A DNA stretch of 62,712 nucleotides, the filler included, from Klebsormidium nitens (lineage: Eukaryota > Plantae > Klebsormidiophyceae), in the NCBI GenBank assembly GCA_000708835.1. It is 4 parts of 4 records of this genome, joined end to end, with 100 filler letters (N's around TTAATTAATTAA, not from the genome) between each part and the next. Parts side by side here need not be neighbours in the genome. Positions count along the whole stretch, not along the records: positions 1 to 26,605 come from DF237822.1; positions 26,706 to 43,063 come from DF237989.1; 2 more parts are not named here. The stretch is one strand, 5' to 3'. The notes below the pieces were generated by a model that saw only the letters and a program-made list of their open reading frames with translations, ran no database searches and was not told the DNA's origin. Positions 25,571 through 36,706 of this stretch are shown here, piece after piece. The translations under genes and the position numbers were made by a program. Position 1 is the stretch's first letter; the number at the start of each line of letters is the position of its first letter.

Positions 25571-26471
25571 CATATAGCCCAATCATTCGGGAAGCATCAT
25601 TTCTGCTCGTCTAAGAAAATTGAGCCTGCCATTTGCTGTGCATTCTCTAATCCCTTTGCACCTTCTAGAGTGAACAATAATGCATGTCAATCGCTGGGGC
25701 AGCTAAAAGAACGTGACCTTCAAATTGTTGGTGCCATGGATCGTGTTCGATGTACAAACTTGTGACTTGCAGTCTCAGAGCGCATAGCTGCATGCTGCGC
25801 TACAGAATCGCTGCACACCTTTCAAGACTGAGAAGCTGCCAAGCGTTGGTTATGATACGCACATGGGGCAAGGTGAATAAAACGCTCGCGATACGAATCG
25901 ACGTACCGTCCATAGTGGTCATGTCGACGATCGAGCATGGTAGCCAATTCATATGAATATGACAATGATGCATGCTTTTCCTTGACTCGGAAGTATTGAA
26001 CGGGTACTCAATATATATAGCTAGCTCTAGAATTACCGGTATAGGCGGATAACTAATTAACTATAGCGCGCAGTACGTAATATGAACATTTTGTAATTTC
26101 ACATATATGTTGTATTTAAGGCCGGTGCACATGCGCTTACTTCCACGATGATTTATTGGCTTTTCAAACTTCAAGGCCGCCCGTGATATAGATCGAGACA
26201 ATTTGATGCGCACCAGTATTAATGCCATGGCACCGTGACCCGCGTACGTGACATTCCTCAATTGCGCGCTTTCAGACTGAGAATCTGCAAAATTACTCGC
26301 GAATTTGGACATTATATGTTCTTGGATTTCCTTAATTTTCGGATATGACGTCAATTTTGCATTTTTGGGTTGAAAAGAGAGGGTTTATGATACATTGAGC
26401 CAATTTTGTTACTGGATCTGGGTCACATTTTTTATTCGCTTTCAGGATCTCCAAAAAAATCAAAATACGAA

Positions 26472-26605
26472 GGTTAGGGTTTTAGGGTTTTGTTCATTTT
26501 TTGGCATGACGTCATGGTTTTAGGGTTTTTTGGTTTTTTGGTTTTTGGGTTTTAGGGTTTTAGGGTTTTAGGGTTTTTGGGTTTTAAGGTTTTAGGGTTT
26601 TAGGG
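26472..26605 (+). repeat. Telomeric array (TTTTAGGG)n with degenerate proximal units
   Basis: TTTTAGGG units run up to the scaffold end at 26605, G-rich strand pointing outward. Proximal variants TTTTTGGG, TTTTAAGG and TTTTTTGG; two isolated copies at 26472-26490. Confidence 0.9.
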
Positions 26606-26705
26606 NNNNNNNNNNNNNNNNNNNNNNNNNNNNNNNNNNNNNNNNNNNNTTAATTAATTAANNNNNNNNNNNNNNNNNNNNNNNNNNNNNNNNNNNNNNN
26701 NNNNN
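26606..26705. other. Artificial scaffold-joining linker
   Basis: 44 N + TTAATTAATTAA (stops in all six frames) + 44 N, exactly 100 nt, with identical structure three times in the window. Confidence 0.98.
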
Positions 26706-26720
26706 ATCAGCGTTTGTGCA

Positions 26721-26880
26721 CACTGTCGATCCTGTATTGAAACAACAAAAAATCAACACTGAATAAAATCAACACTGGGTTTAATGGATGATCAACGTTG
26801 ATTAAGTATCAACAGCCAATAAACAACCAAAATCAACAACTGAGCTGTTGAATTTGCTTGTGATTTGTTTTCAACATAGG
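26721..26880. repeat. Left TIR and subterminal TCAAC repeats
   Basis: At least 6 [A/T]TCAAC or GTTGA motifs in ~150 bp of AT-rich sequence following CACTG. Confidence 0.75.
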
Positions 26881-27529
26881 ATCAAGGACGTTTTCAATTA
26901 CGGCATGCCTACTTGATAAAGCGTACACCGCGTGTTGATTTACTGCCATTTCAACGGAGCTCGTAAGACACGGAATCACGACATGAACCTGTTTGTCTGA
27001 GAAGCATGCATCATACATGAACGCATGGTTGGAGTCGTGTTGAAGTTTCTTGAAGCCACTGCATCCGTATACAACACGGAATGTTTCATTCAGCGCGTCA
27101 GCACGCTCTTTCAGACAACAATTTAGAGTTCTTGATACGGACAGAGTTGCAAAATCAGGTAACGACCATGTAACTTCAAGACTGAGTATCTCAACGGGCA
27201 AATCTCGTTGCTTAAACTACTGCCTCGGGGTTTGCTGCAGTCTCGTTGGCTTGCTCCGACGAACCAGACCCATCTCTATCCGCTCTGTCCGCTGCTGCCA
27301 GTGCCTTTGCACGCTCTGCTACACGGCCCTGAAGCCTCATCGGACAAACGGAAGGGTCTTCCGGTGCCACAACGAGTACAAAAGCGCTAACTCGAGCCTC
27401 TCCTGCTAGAGCCTCTTCTCGTACCCGAAGCATCTTCGCCTCTTGCTTCTCCAACCGCTTGATGCCACGGAAGTGTAGCTCCAGCTGCATCAAAGCCGGA
27501 GGCCATGTCAGCCTAGTGCCAGGCATCAT
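26833..27529 (-). CDS. Hypothetical protein or fragments at the left end of the transposon (ORFs 27212-27529 and 26833-27201)
   Basis: Two adjacent minus-strand ORFs (105 and 122 aa) in different frames with protein-like composition. No recognisable motif; they may be spliced or frameshifted. Confidence 0.3.
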
Positions 27530-27809
27530 GATATGATATCGTTTTGAATTGTAAGTGAGGACTCTGCACGTCTTTAATTAGCCGAGTTGGACCATGTATC
27601 GGGCCGAAGTTTTGAATCTACATCAGAATCTCCGACTACAGGGGCTCCACAAGAACGAGGATTATCTTGCCAGACCCTGCCGAAACGAGCTGGCTTTCCC
27701 TTATCTGATTTTTATACAAGCGATTCCATGCGACAGCAACTTCTGCATTTTGTCAGGAAGATAAAGTCCTTTGAAGCGAGTTCGTTCTCAGCACCCTGAT
27801 TTGTCCCGA

Positions 27810-30800
27810 TCACTTTGAAACGCATCCGCACTTGCAGGCTAAATGAGCCACATAATGGCAGAGGTCAACTAGACAGTGTTTAAGAATACGTACCACAACC
27901 TCGACCATTGCAAGCTGAGCGATCGTCGCGATAAGCTGATCAGGTACGGGCTGATTGTCGACGTCCACGTTGCACGCCTTCGCAAGCACTGTCCGGAAGC
28001 GGAGGTCGCCGTAAGCGTCCGTACCTGCCTTGCGATAGGCGTCACCTGTCAACATAATCGGACAATCAAGGAAATCAGCTTAACATCTCAGCGAAGCGAA
28101 TTAGTTCAGAACATTATAGTGATGCCAAGTCACTACGACAAGTGTACCAAGACATCCAGAACATTTCCGAAGCAGGGTACAGCAGATCTTTGTTGAGAAT
28201 AGGACGTAAGTCTAGCTCAAGGCATGTCTGATCTGCAAAGTACTGCCTGCCTGTGCACAGTAGATGCAGTACATCTGCTTCTCCCTAGCAGGACTTGCAA
28301 ATGACAAAACGTTTGCTGTCTGCATACTCACGATCAGAAGCAAAAACCAGAATCAAAGAGTCAATTCGTGCTGACTGGTTGCCAACCCTTTGGGCACAGT
28401 GCTCATCGATGAAACCTTGCCTGCCAGAAGCTCGGTGGTGACCCTCGACCAATCTTCAGTTCCAGTCGCTGGCAAGTTGTAGCACTTTGTACCCGCTCCG
28501 CGAATCTTGGACACAAGCTGGCCCCTTTTCATGCGAAACTTGTCCATTTGGTGAGGTTGAATGAGGTCTTCGTAGAGCTCCTCGAAGAGCTCCTCTTGCT
28601 CTGGGTCAGGTGATACTCGGAGTGCGAGCTGGGTGTTGCTCCTCATGAGCTCGGAGTCAGCGACCCCGGATGTGAGCAGGCTCAGGTTGACAGCATCGGA
28701 AACCAGGAGCTGCACAAAAAACACTCTGTTAATGAAAGGATTGCGAATAACTTTTAACAGGTCACTGTTCGATGCATTGTCCGCAAAGATCACAATGGTG
28801 TTTAGACCTACTGGCTAAAGCACCTGGAACATGAAGCAATCAGATGGACCCCTTGATTGTGAGAGAAGCCCTTCTTATAGATAGCCAGATTACGAAGCGG
28901 AGCTAAGTGCAACTCAGACTTTGCCACGGACATGACTTGAGCAAAGCTTGAAGAGGTCTAAGATCGCATATGCTCGCTCACAGAGTTCTCTGGTTCTTCG
29001 CTTTTGAGTTGTTGATCTTACTTTGGTGGTGGACTTGGCGGAGCTGAGGAGCTTGGGGTTTGCTTTGAGCCTCTCGAGTAGCCCAAGCTGTTGCTCGGAC
29101 GCTTCAGCCTGCAGAACATCTTGTTTAGTAAGTCTTTGGTGATGTGCTCTGACCGAACATGGCAAGGTGGAATCTGTTTCTCCTAGTACTGCCTCTCCCT
29201 TTCGTAGGGACAATTCTGCTGTTTTCACGCAACGAAGAAACTTCAAACGATGCTGTTGCTCAACGCTACCTTGGCTTTAAATACTCACTTTGAGATGTTT
29301 CCAAGCTCGTAGTAGGTTTGGATATGATGGACACAATGATAGTCTAAATCGAACTCACTATCCTGTTGAACAACCAGTCTTCCAAACAGGCCTGGCATTG
29401 TTGCAGAGAACAACTTCAACGTTCAACGTCCGAGATGCTCAACTGAAGGCTGTTGTTTCCACTAAGAACAAGCAGGCAGCTTAATTACACACCAATCTTA
29501 CTTCAAGATGTGCAGAGATGACATTGCATAAGCTTCCCATTCAAAGTGGATGTCGCTCATTGAATAAGATAAGTGCTACTTTGCAGCTCACCTGTTGAGT
29601 CACTGTCACAGAGGACGTTGCGGGGTCAGAACTTTGCTGGCTCGACCCCGATTTTGACTTCTTGAAGCAGTTGAGAAGCTGATGCATTGCCTTCTCCATC
29701 CTGTCGTTGCGCGCCAGCTGCTCAGCCTGGGCCTGCTGCATTTTCAGATGTGACATGAGCAAAAGATTGAGGTCGAAACCGGCTCCAGTGGATGCCGCGT
29801 TCAGCACCAGTTCGCCGGCGGTACTCCGGCAGCTTTTGGCTTGAGGCTTTCCACCTGAGTCAGAGGAAGGGACAGGGATCAAGACCTGATTACTTGCGGA
29901 GCTCTTGAAGTCTCAAGACTTTGCCTGTCCATTTCAAAACTTGGAGCAACTTTTGCAAGACATCCATCTCTTATGAAAGATGAATCGCCTACTTTGAAGA
30001 GCTGAGCAAACTTATGCTTGCAAAACTGGATCGACGCAAGTCATTGCACAAAGCATTCTTTGGTGAAGATCAGAAAAGCGCCTACCATTTTCAGTCCTAT
30101 TGAAGACGATGAGACACACAGTTCCAATAACCTACCCTTATCGCGTGGTACAGGGATGATTGCACCACTGTTTCCAGCTTTCTTCTTCTTTTTGCGAGGT
30201 TTTTCTTTCCCTGGAATCGTTGCCATCAGGTCAGCAAGGGGGTCTTCCTCAGCACTGCCGCCATCAGCTGTACCACCTGGTAGATTAAGAAAAAGGGTTG
30301 ACTGCTTCTTGATAGAAGAGATGCTCCATTGTCCTATGTAAGCTTCAGCTATTGAGCTTTTGTGACAAGAGGCTGTGAAGTTGGGTCACGAATTTCTGCG
30401 AAGATACATAGACCAAGTGGAACGCTGCCCTATTGATGTTGAAGTTACTTGATGCTGGAATGCTGGAGCCTAAACCAGTGTCAGGTAGCACAATAAGCAT
30501 CCAAGTGCAGGAGACTGAGTCAATTGACCATCCAAGCCCAGTCTGACTTGTCTTGCTGAGATTGGCATAAGCCCTAGACAGCACATTCTTTTATTCTAGA
30601 AACCTTGGCTCATTTCTTCCTGGTTTAGAGTAGAAAGGGACAGAAACGTTCATCATCATTGCGCCTCGTCTTGACAAGAGATCTTCTGAACATTCAGACT
30701 CATATTCATAGGTTCCATTTCAGTAATGCATAACTCATTTCAGGACCTTTCCGAGTGCTCACCATCAGGACCCAGCTCCTTGGCAACGTCCTCCTCCTCC

Positions 30801-31312
30801 AGATCATCATCGCTATCGTCGTCGCTCGCAGGGTCTTTCTCAGCATCACTCTCGTTGTACTCCGAACCTGACAGCTCAGGCGAAGACTCTTTGCCGGCTC
30901 CCCTAGTGCCGCCAGCAGCACCACCATCCTTCTCCGACTCGTCATCGCTCGACTCCGAATCGTCCTGGAACAGAGACGTCATCTGGGGCCTATTTCTTTT
31001 GCCATTGGGATTGATGTCAGATTGACCAGCTGCAGTTGCGATGGCTGCCTTTGCTTTAGCAAGAGCGGCTGGATTTTTGGTGATGGCAGTCAACACTGTT
31101 GCAAGCTCTCCAGCGTCATCCCCTAGCATGTGCGCAAGGCGAGCCTCTTCAGTGGTGGCTGATCTTCTAGGCCTTGCCAGCGGCTGAACAGGAAGAGAGC
31201 CGCCATTGTCCTTGTCTCTGTTTGCTGCGCCACCACCATTGGCTTTGGCCCTGCTGGTCCTGCCACCAGCCGAAGCGGTGGCATCTCCTTTCCTTCCTCC
31301 GCCGCCAGCCAT
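27810..31312 (-). CDS. Large multi-exon gene of unknown function inside the transposon (candidate second, TnpA-like, gene)
   Basis: Chain of minus-strand ORFs with splice signals. Exon 31312-30763 has an acidic/Gly tract; exon ~30277-30137 is GGTADGGSAEEDPLADLMATIPGKEKPRKKKKKAG (NLS-like); further ORFs at 29541-29882, 28914-29246, 28353-28793 and 27810-28055. Internal exon joins are only partly resolved. Confidence 0.55.
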
Positions 31313-32165
31313 CGATCATTCACGGAGAGGGAGCTTGGAGCTCTTGTCGTTAAAAAGGCAAGGCTGGGTTTTACCTAGGCACAGGTACAGGTAAGATGCC
31401 TGATCGTTGATGGCAGTGATGCAGAGCCCGTCTCCAGCTTCTCCAGCGCTCCAGGCTCCAGCTGATAGGTAGTGAGCGCTCGCCGCCGCTGTCACGTCAT
31501 GGAAGTTTTGAAATTCATCGTGAGTCGCGGGATCAAAATTGTATCGTCGATACTTGATCTGTGGCAATCGAACGGTGCTGATACTGGTAGCTTCCAGCCA
31601 CAACAAGGAACGCACACCGTCGAATGCTCGATTTGCTACTCTTATCTCCGTCCTCTAAGCCCTCCCGCCACTTCAAGAGCCTAATCTGAATCGTCCATTC
31701 GCATCACCAATAGTACTGTATTATCAACCCAGCCTAGTTCGCGAAGCCTTCGCAGGCTAACACAGCAAGATGGCGTCAATCTGGTAATGGCTTCCACCCT
31801 TGAGAGCAGCTTGCTGTCCATGGTTGCGCTGGAAGATCGGAAGCAAAAGTGCTACGAAAGCTTTTTACTGATGACAAAAAAGCTGTCTGTAGGTTTTCAC
31901 GTTGTATCTTCCAGCACTTTCTGGTGGTAACCATTCATGCGATTTGGCTCATCCGAACACTGTGACTGCTACTACTGGTAGCCTGAGCGTGCATGAGGCG
32001 TCTTGAGGAGTTGAACCAGGTCTTCAACCTAGGGCTGGCATCACTACGTACTTGGCATTCCCTTGCAATTCAGGGCACTGACCGTCATGTTACAGTCTCC
32101 ATAGACAGTAGGGGTGTGCAGGTCACACGCCGCGAAGGAGCAGATTCTGCTGGTGACAGGAGTTT

Positions 32166-33460
32166 GTGAGTAGCCAGAATCGCAAGGCGGTGCAGATGGA
32201 GAGCAGCGGTTTGGGAGTTGGCGTCCGCCTCATTAGCAAAGCTGAGCTGACGAGCACTTGGGAATTTGAGGAGCCGTTGTACCCATCATTGCAGCGCTTG
32301 CAGTTGAGAGATATGCCGCGCGAGCTTGTAAGGGTAACTGCGCCCGCATCATTAGTTGAGCCTCTTCATGTTTACCTTCATGCGGCGCTGTCAAAAGAGA
32401 AGGACTCTTCGGGCAAGTGGCGGGCCCTCTTCATGAGGTATTACCAATCAGAACGGAAACTTTGGGACTCTGCCTTCCTCCGATTTCAACCGGAGTACCG
32501 TCTGAAACAGATTGAAGGCTTTTTCCACAAACTGAAGCGAGGGAACGTTGCAAAGAAGCCGGTCGTTCGAGTCACCACAGTGGTGGCCTTGCAGCGGGCG
32601 AGTGGTTTTGGCAGCAGGCAAGTGCTACTTCAGTGAAACGACAGCATACTCTCACAACTTAGGGGTTTTCAAGTCTGCCAGGTGTTTTGAGTCTGCCGGG
32701 TAATTCTGGGCCGAAGAAAAACTGAAAAGCCTTGTGTTCAAGCTCTTTTGAGGGTAGCATTACAAGGTGTCATTGTTGACATGGTTTCAAGGTGGCATGG
32801 TTGATTGGTAGACTGCTTCCATGCTTCTCTTATTCACTGGTTTTTATCCAAACCCTCATGTCAAAACGTGCTGTAACACTGTCAACAAGCTCGCATAAGT
32901 GGAGTGGCACTTGAATTCTACTACAGGCCCTTGCAAACTCAAAAGGTGCAAAATCTGTCTGGTTGCATTGAACTTCAATCTGGCTCCATACCTGTCAGCC
33001 GCGTGACTTTTGTTCATATTCTCCAGGCTGTACAATTTCTCCGATCAATCAATCTATTCGTGTGGTTGATGCACCTTCATCTCTGCAGGGACTGCCACCC
33101 AGGGACGGAGGTGGAGAGATCGGGCGAGCAAAGCGCAGGTGGGTCTGCCAATGCTGAGAGACTCAGCGCTGAGCATGCAGGAGCGGTCGTAGTAGAAGGG
33201 GAAAGAGCTGGCAGTTTAGAAGGGCGCGGAAGTGCTGAGGCGCGTGCGAACGAAGGGGTATGGCCCCAGAAGTCGGGTGAGAAGGCTTTGGTCGTGGCAA
33301 CCGAAGAGCAGGGCGCTGGGCGGGCGGGAAAGAGCGGCAGCGGGGGCTGCAATAGCGCGGCGGCAAGCGCTTCAAGCTGTGAAGCTGCATCAGGCATCAA
33401 CGGAGGGGCGAATGGCGGTGCAGGAGGTTTCAAAAATGAGTCAACAGAAAGTGGAGGCAA
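32166..33460 (+). CDS. Probable upstream exons of the transposon-borne kinase gene (orphan domain plus Ala/Gly/Ser linker)
   Basis: ORF 32166-32636 (156 aa, globular-looking) and ORF segment ~33089-33460 bounded by ctgcag and ag|gtatgt, same strand and directly upstream of the kinase exon. The connection is inferred. Confidence 0.4.
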
Positions 33461-33945
33461 GGTATGTGTTGTATTCAGTCACACTGTTGTGCCCGGTTCT
33501 TGCTTGGAAAGCACAGAAACGGGTTACAAGTCAGCCATGCTTGTGTGACAGCGTGGCTTTCAGTGAAATTTGTCAAGTGGGAGCTCGTACTTGCTGTTCT
33601 GGATCGTGACAGAAGCCAATTCTTGCACCGCGCAGATTGGCGGCACTCGAGGTCGCCAACTTGTGCAGCCTTCTTGTTGTGCCCGCTTTGCTTTTGAGAG
33701 GATTCTGGACAGTCTTGTTGATTTGATCCGGTCAACGAACAAGTTTCGTTTATATTCTTTGCCTTGACATTTCAAAGATTCACTTCAAGATCTTTCGTCC
33801 AATTGTTTGGGTTTCGCCAGATTTGTACCGTTATGCACCTTGGCCAATGACAAGCGCTTGTTGAGGCATCCCAGTTTTGCTCAGGTGTTCCCGCTCGAGT
33901 CGTTGAGGCATCTTCAAGAACCTCCGAATTGAAAATACCGTTCTT

Positions 33946-34866
33946 TTGCAGTCCCTGCGGATGCTGACGATAGAGGAGCGAAACATTCTGCACCTCCCAG
34001 CTGCGGCCGACGCTGTGGGGAGTGGTTCGTATGGAAGGGTATATGAAGTTTTGGTTGAGGGGGGGTCTCCTTGGGCCCGCGTCTTTCCCGATCGTGTTGA
34101 GACCAGGATCGCTGTCAAAGAGTACTGCGCTAAGGGCCTAAGTTATCATCACAGTACTGTTTATACGGTTGAGAATGCTTCTTACGAGGTTATCTTAGCA
34201 TCGGCGTTTTCCCATGACAACGTCGTCAAGCCTTTCGCTGTGTGCATCGGCGGCTCCGGGTTACCTTTGGCTTTCTTCCCTTTCTTCAACCAGGGGTCTT
34301 TACGTTCTGTCCTTCGAAAACGGGAAAACCGCAGCTTGGGAAAGCCCCTCGCTAAGCTGATGTGGACGGCTAGGGTCCTCGTAGGGGCGTGCTTGGATCT
34401 CTTGCGGGCAATTCAGCACGTTCACAGCATGGGTATTGTACATAACGACTTGACTCCCAATAATATTCTCGTCCACTTCAACGAGTGTGATCTGTCTATC
34501 AAGCTGGCTGTGCACGATTTCGGTGTAGCCAGTAGACTTGTTGACCGTAAGAGTCATCGGAGTTTCAAGTCTGTCAAAGAGGAAGACGAGTACTCGAAGA
34601 GGTACAGCTATGTCGCTCGAGAGCTCATCTTAGGGGGCTTCTTTTCGACAGAAACCGACATGTATTCTGTAGGTCTTCTATTGGGGGACATTTTAGGTCT
34701 TGATCGGGCCTCGGTTAGAAACGAGTTGTTGGAGTCAAGAGAATGGAGTACGGTGCTCCTCTTGATAGCGGCGCTGTCAGAAAAAGTCCCGCATAAGAGA
34801 CCCACTTGTCATCGGCTACTTGAATCTTTTGAAACATTGTGGCGAGATTACCAAGATAAAGACTAA
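33946..34866 (+). CDS. Ser/Thr-type protein kinase domain (non-RD), transposon cargo
   Basis: Subdomains visible: GSGSYGRVY, IAVKEY, E of helix C (NASYE), HNDLTPNNILV, HDFG, YVARE, TDMYSVG, KRPT. A probable acceptor ttttgcag at 33950 suggests upstream exons. Confidence 0.92.
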   Translation: MQSLRMLTIEERNILHLPAAADAVGSGSYGRVYEVLVEGGSPWARVFPDRVETRIAVKEYCAKGLSYHHSTVYTVENASYEVILASAFSHDNVVKPFAVCIGGSGLPLAFFPFFNQGSLRSVLRKRENRSLGKPLAKLMWTARVLVGACLDLLRAIQHVHSMGIVHNDLTPNNILVHFNECDLSIKLAVHDFGVASRLVDRKSHRSFKSVKEEDEYSKRYSYVARELILGGFFSTETDMYSVGLLLGDILGLDRASVRNELLESREWSTVLLLIAALSEKVPHKRPTCHRLLESFETLWRDYQDKD

Positions 34867-35459
34867 CAGACTTGGACAAGAGATGGACTCAAAAGATATT
34901 GTTTGGCCCAACGGTTTATGCAAATGGAATTGGGCTTGCACACCGGTTGCTTGTATGCCTAAAGTATATCTACACAAGTTGATGCATGTATTCTTTCATC
35001 ATAACTCGATCCAAAGTCCATGTGCGATATGATCATGATATTTTAGGTACAACCGACCACTGAAATTATACAACTTGGAGCGGCTGATCCTCGGATGGAC
35101 CCTAATTTTCAACATCGCCCAACAGACATATGCAAGCACTAAAGACTTTGGAATCCGACCACTCCACATTTTCAATGATCGGCCAACATGCATATTATCG
35201 TTGTGGCGCACACAGAGTCCATTGTCGAGGGCTTCACTTAAATCGTTTGTGGTTTAAAATAACAGCTTGTACATGCCGGGTGACACAAATGCAATCGAAG
35301 TATACAAATAAGTCGTCGATCGATCTCAAGCGCTATACTTGATCGGCCGCGCAGAGCTCGATCCATGGCATACGTCCAGGGCCGGGGCATCAACGAGGGT
35401 AAAGTCCATGCAAGTACAAATGGGCCGGTTCAAGCTCGCCAAATCAATGGTTAGGGAGA

Positions 35460-35672
35460 CCCATGTTGAATTCGCGGCCCAAAGGCTTTTGTAACGAGCA
35501 TATCAGTGGTTTCGCAAACCATTGAAATAAGCCTTAACGCTTCTGTAACGGGCAAATCAATGGTTTCGCGAACCATGGAAATAGGCGTTACGGCTTCTGT
35601 AACGGGCAAATCAATGGTTTCATGTACCATTGAAATAGGCCTTACGGCTTTTGAGTACGGGGAAATCAATGA
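35460..35672. repeat. 54-bp minisatellite, about 4 units
   Basis: GGTTTC...CCAT[T/G]GAAATA.GC.TTA..GCTTCTGTAACGGGCAAATCAAT units start at 35508, 35562 and 35616, with a degenerate unit before them. Confidence 0.9.
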
Positions 35673-35904
35673 CTTCAGAAACCATTGAATTGAGTTAGAA
35701 TCATGTTCGATTCAGGTGGGAGACTCGAGACTGGCAAACACTCCTTGCGCGGACATTCTGGCTGGCCGCTTGGCGCGGGGGCCGCCCCCGTATGTCGCAG
35801 CTCGCGGTTACATCCACCGCCATCATGGAGGCAGATAGTGCGTTGTACGGCGCACATGCACCCAGAGCCGACGATCAAATGAACTCGTTCTCAGGCACGC
35901 CCTT

Positions 35905-36427
35905 TTGCGTCCGTGCCTGATGGAGACGACGTGTCGCCTGCGTTGTGATGCCGCCCGCCGCCCTCGCGCACTGGCATGGCGATCATATTCGAAGTGTCTG
36001 TCACACGCAGTGCACCCCCCTCGAAGGGCCCAATCGATCGATGACGACCACGTTTTATACGTGCTGCATCCTTTGTCAAGAGCGATTGCGCGCCTGCATC
36101 ATCGCCCGAATATTCGAACTTTGGAGCACGATCCCCGGTTGTTCGAATGCCTCCATTACGTTAACCCCGCAGACTTCTTGCGAGAGAATATTCCGCACGC
36201 TGTTCAACGTGCTCGCGGCAGTCTTCGCAAGCCAGTTGGACCCAAGAGTGGCATGTACCACATGCTCACGCATATTATTTTGGACTCGACGCCTGCGCGC
36301 GGTACCACGCATTATTGATTGCAGAGCATCGATGCGTCAAAATGTTGACGCATTCGCATTGTTGAGCTCGTGCTGCTGGCGCGATCCAGAAAATGTTGCA
36401 TATGTCCAGCTGCTGCACACTTATTGA
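35905..36427 (+). CDS. Hypothetical small ORF(s) between the kinase and the transposase
   Basis: Two overlapping same-strand frames are open (137 aa and a Cys-rich 160 aa with CILC and CTTC). No family recognised. Confidence 0.3.
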
Positions 36428-36706
36428 GTTGGATTACATATAGCATGCCACATGATATGCGCAGTAGCATATACAGCATGCCATGATATGCGCAGTAGCA
36501 TATACAATTTGAACCGACCTTACCATGAGCTGCCAAGGACGACCTACAGCAGGTTAATCAATTCACATGATCAAGCGATTGACTAGTCGCCTTCAATAAA
36601 ACATTTTCAATTGTCCATATTTACAAGTCCAATCAAGCGCTCTTGAATCGGATGATGCAATAAGTAGGCTTATTAAGTTACTTTGCTGTGTCCTAGCAAT
36701 GATGTC

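Noticed and set aside
26606-26705. TTAATTAATTAA inside N runs (also 43108-43119 and 60546-60557), and the apparent adjacency of telomere, transposon and retroelement clusters
   Set aside because: Artificial six-frame-stop linker. Nothing can be inferred about physical linkage across these joins.
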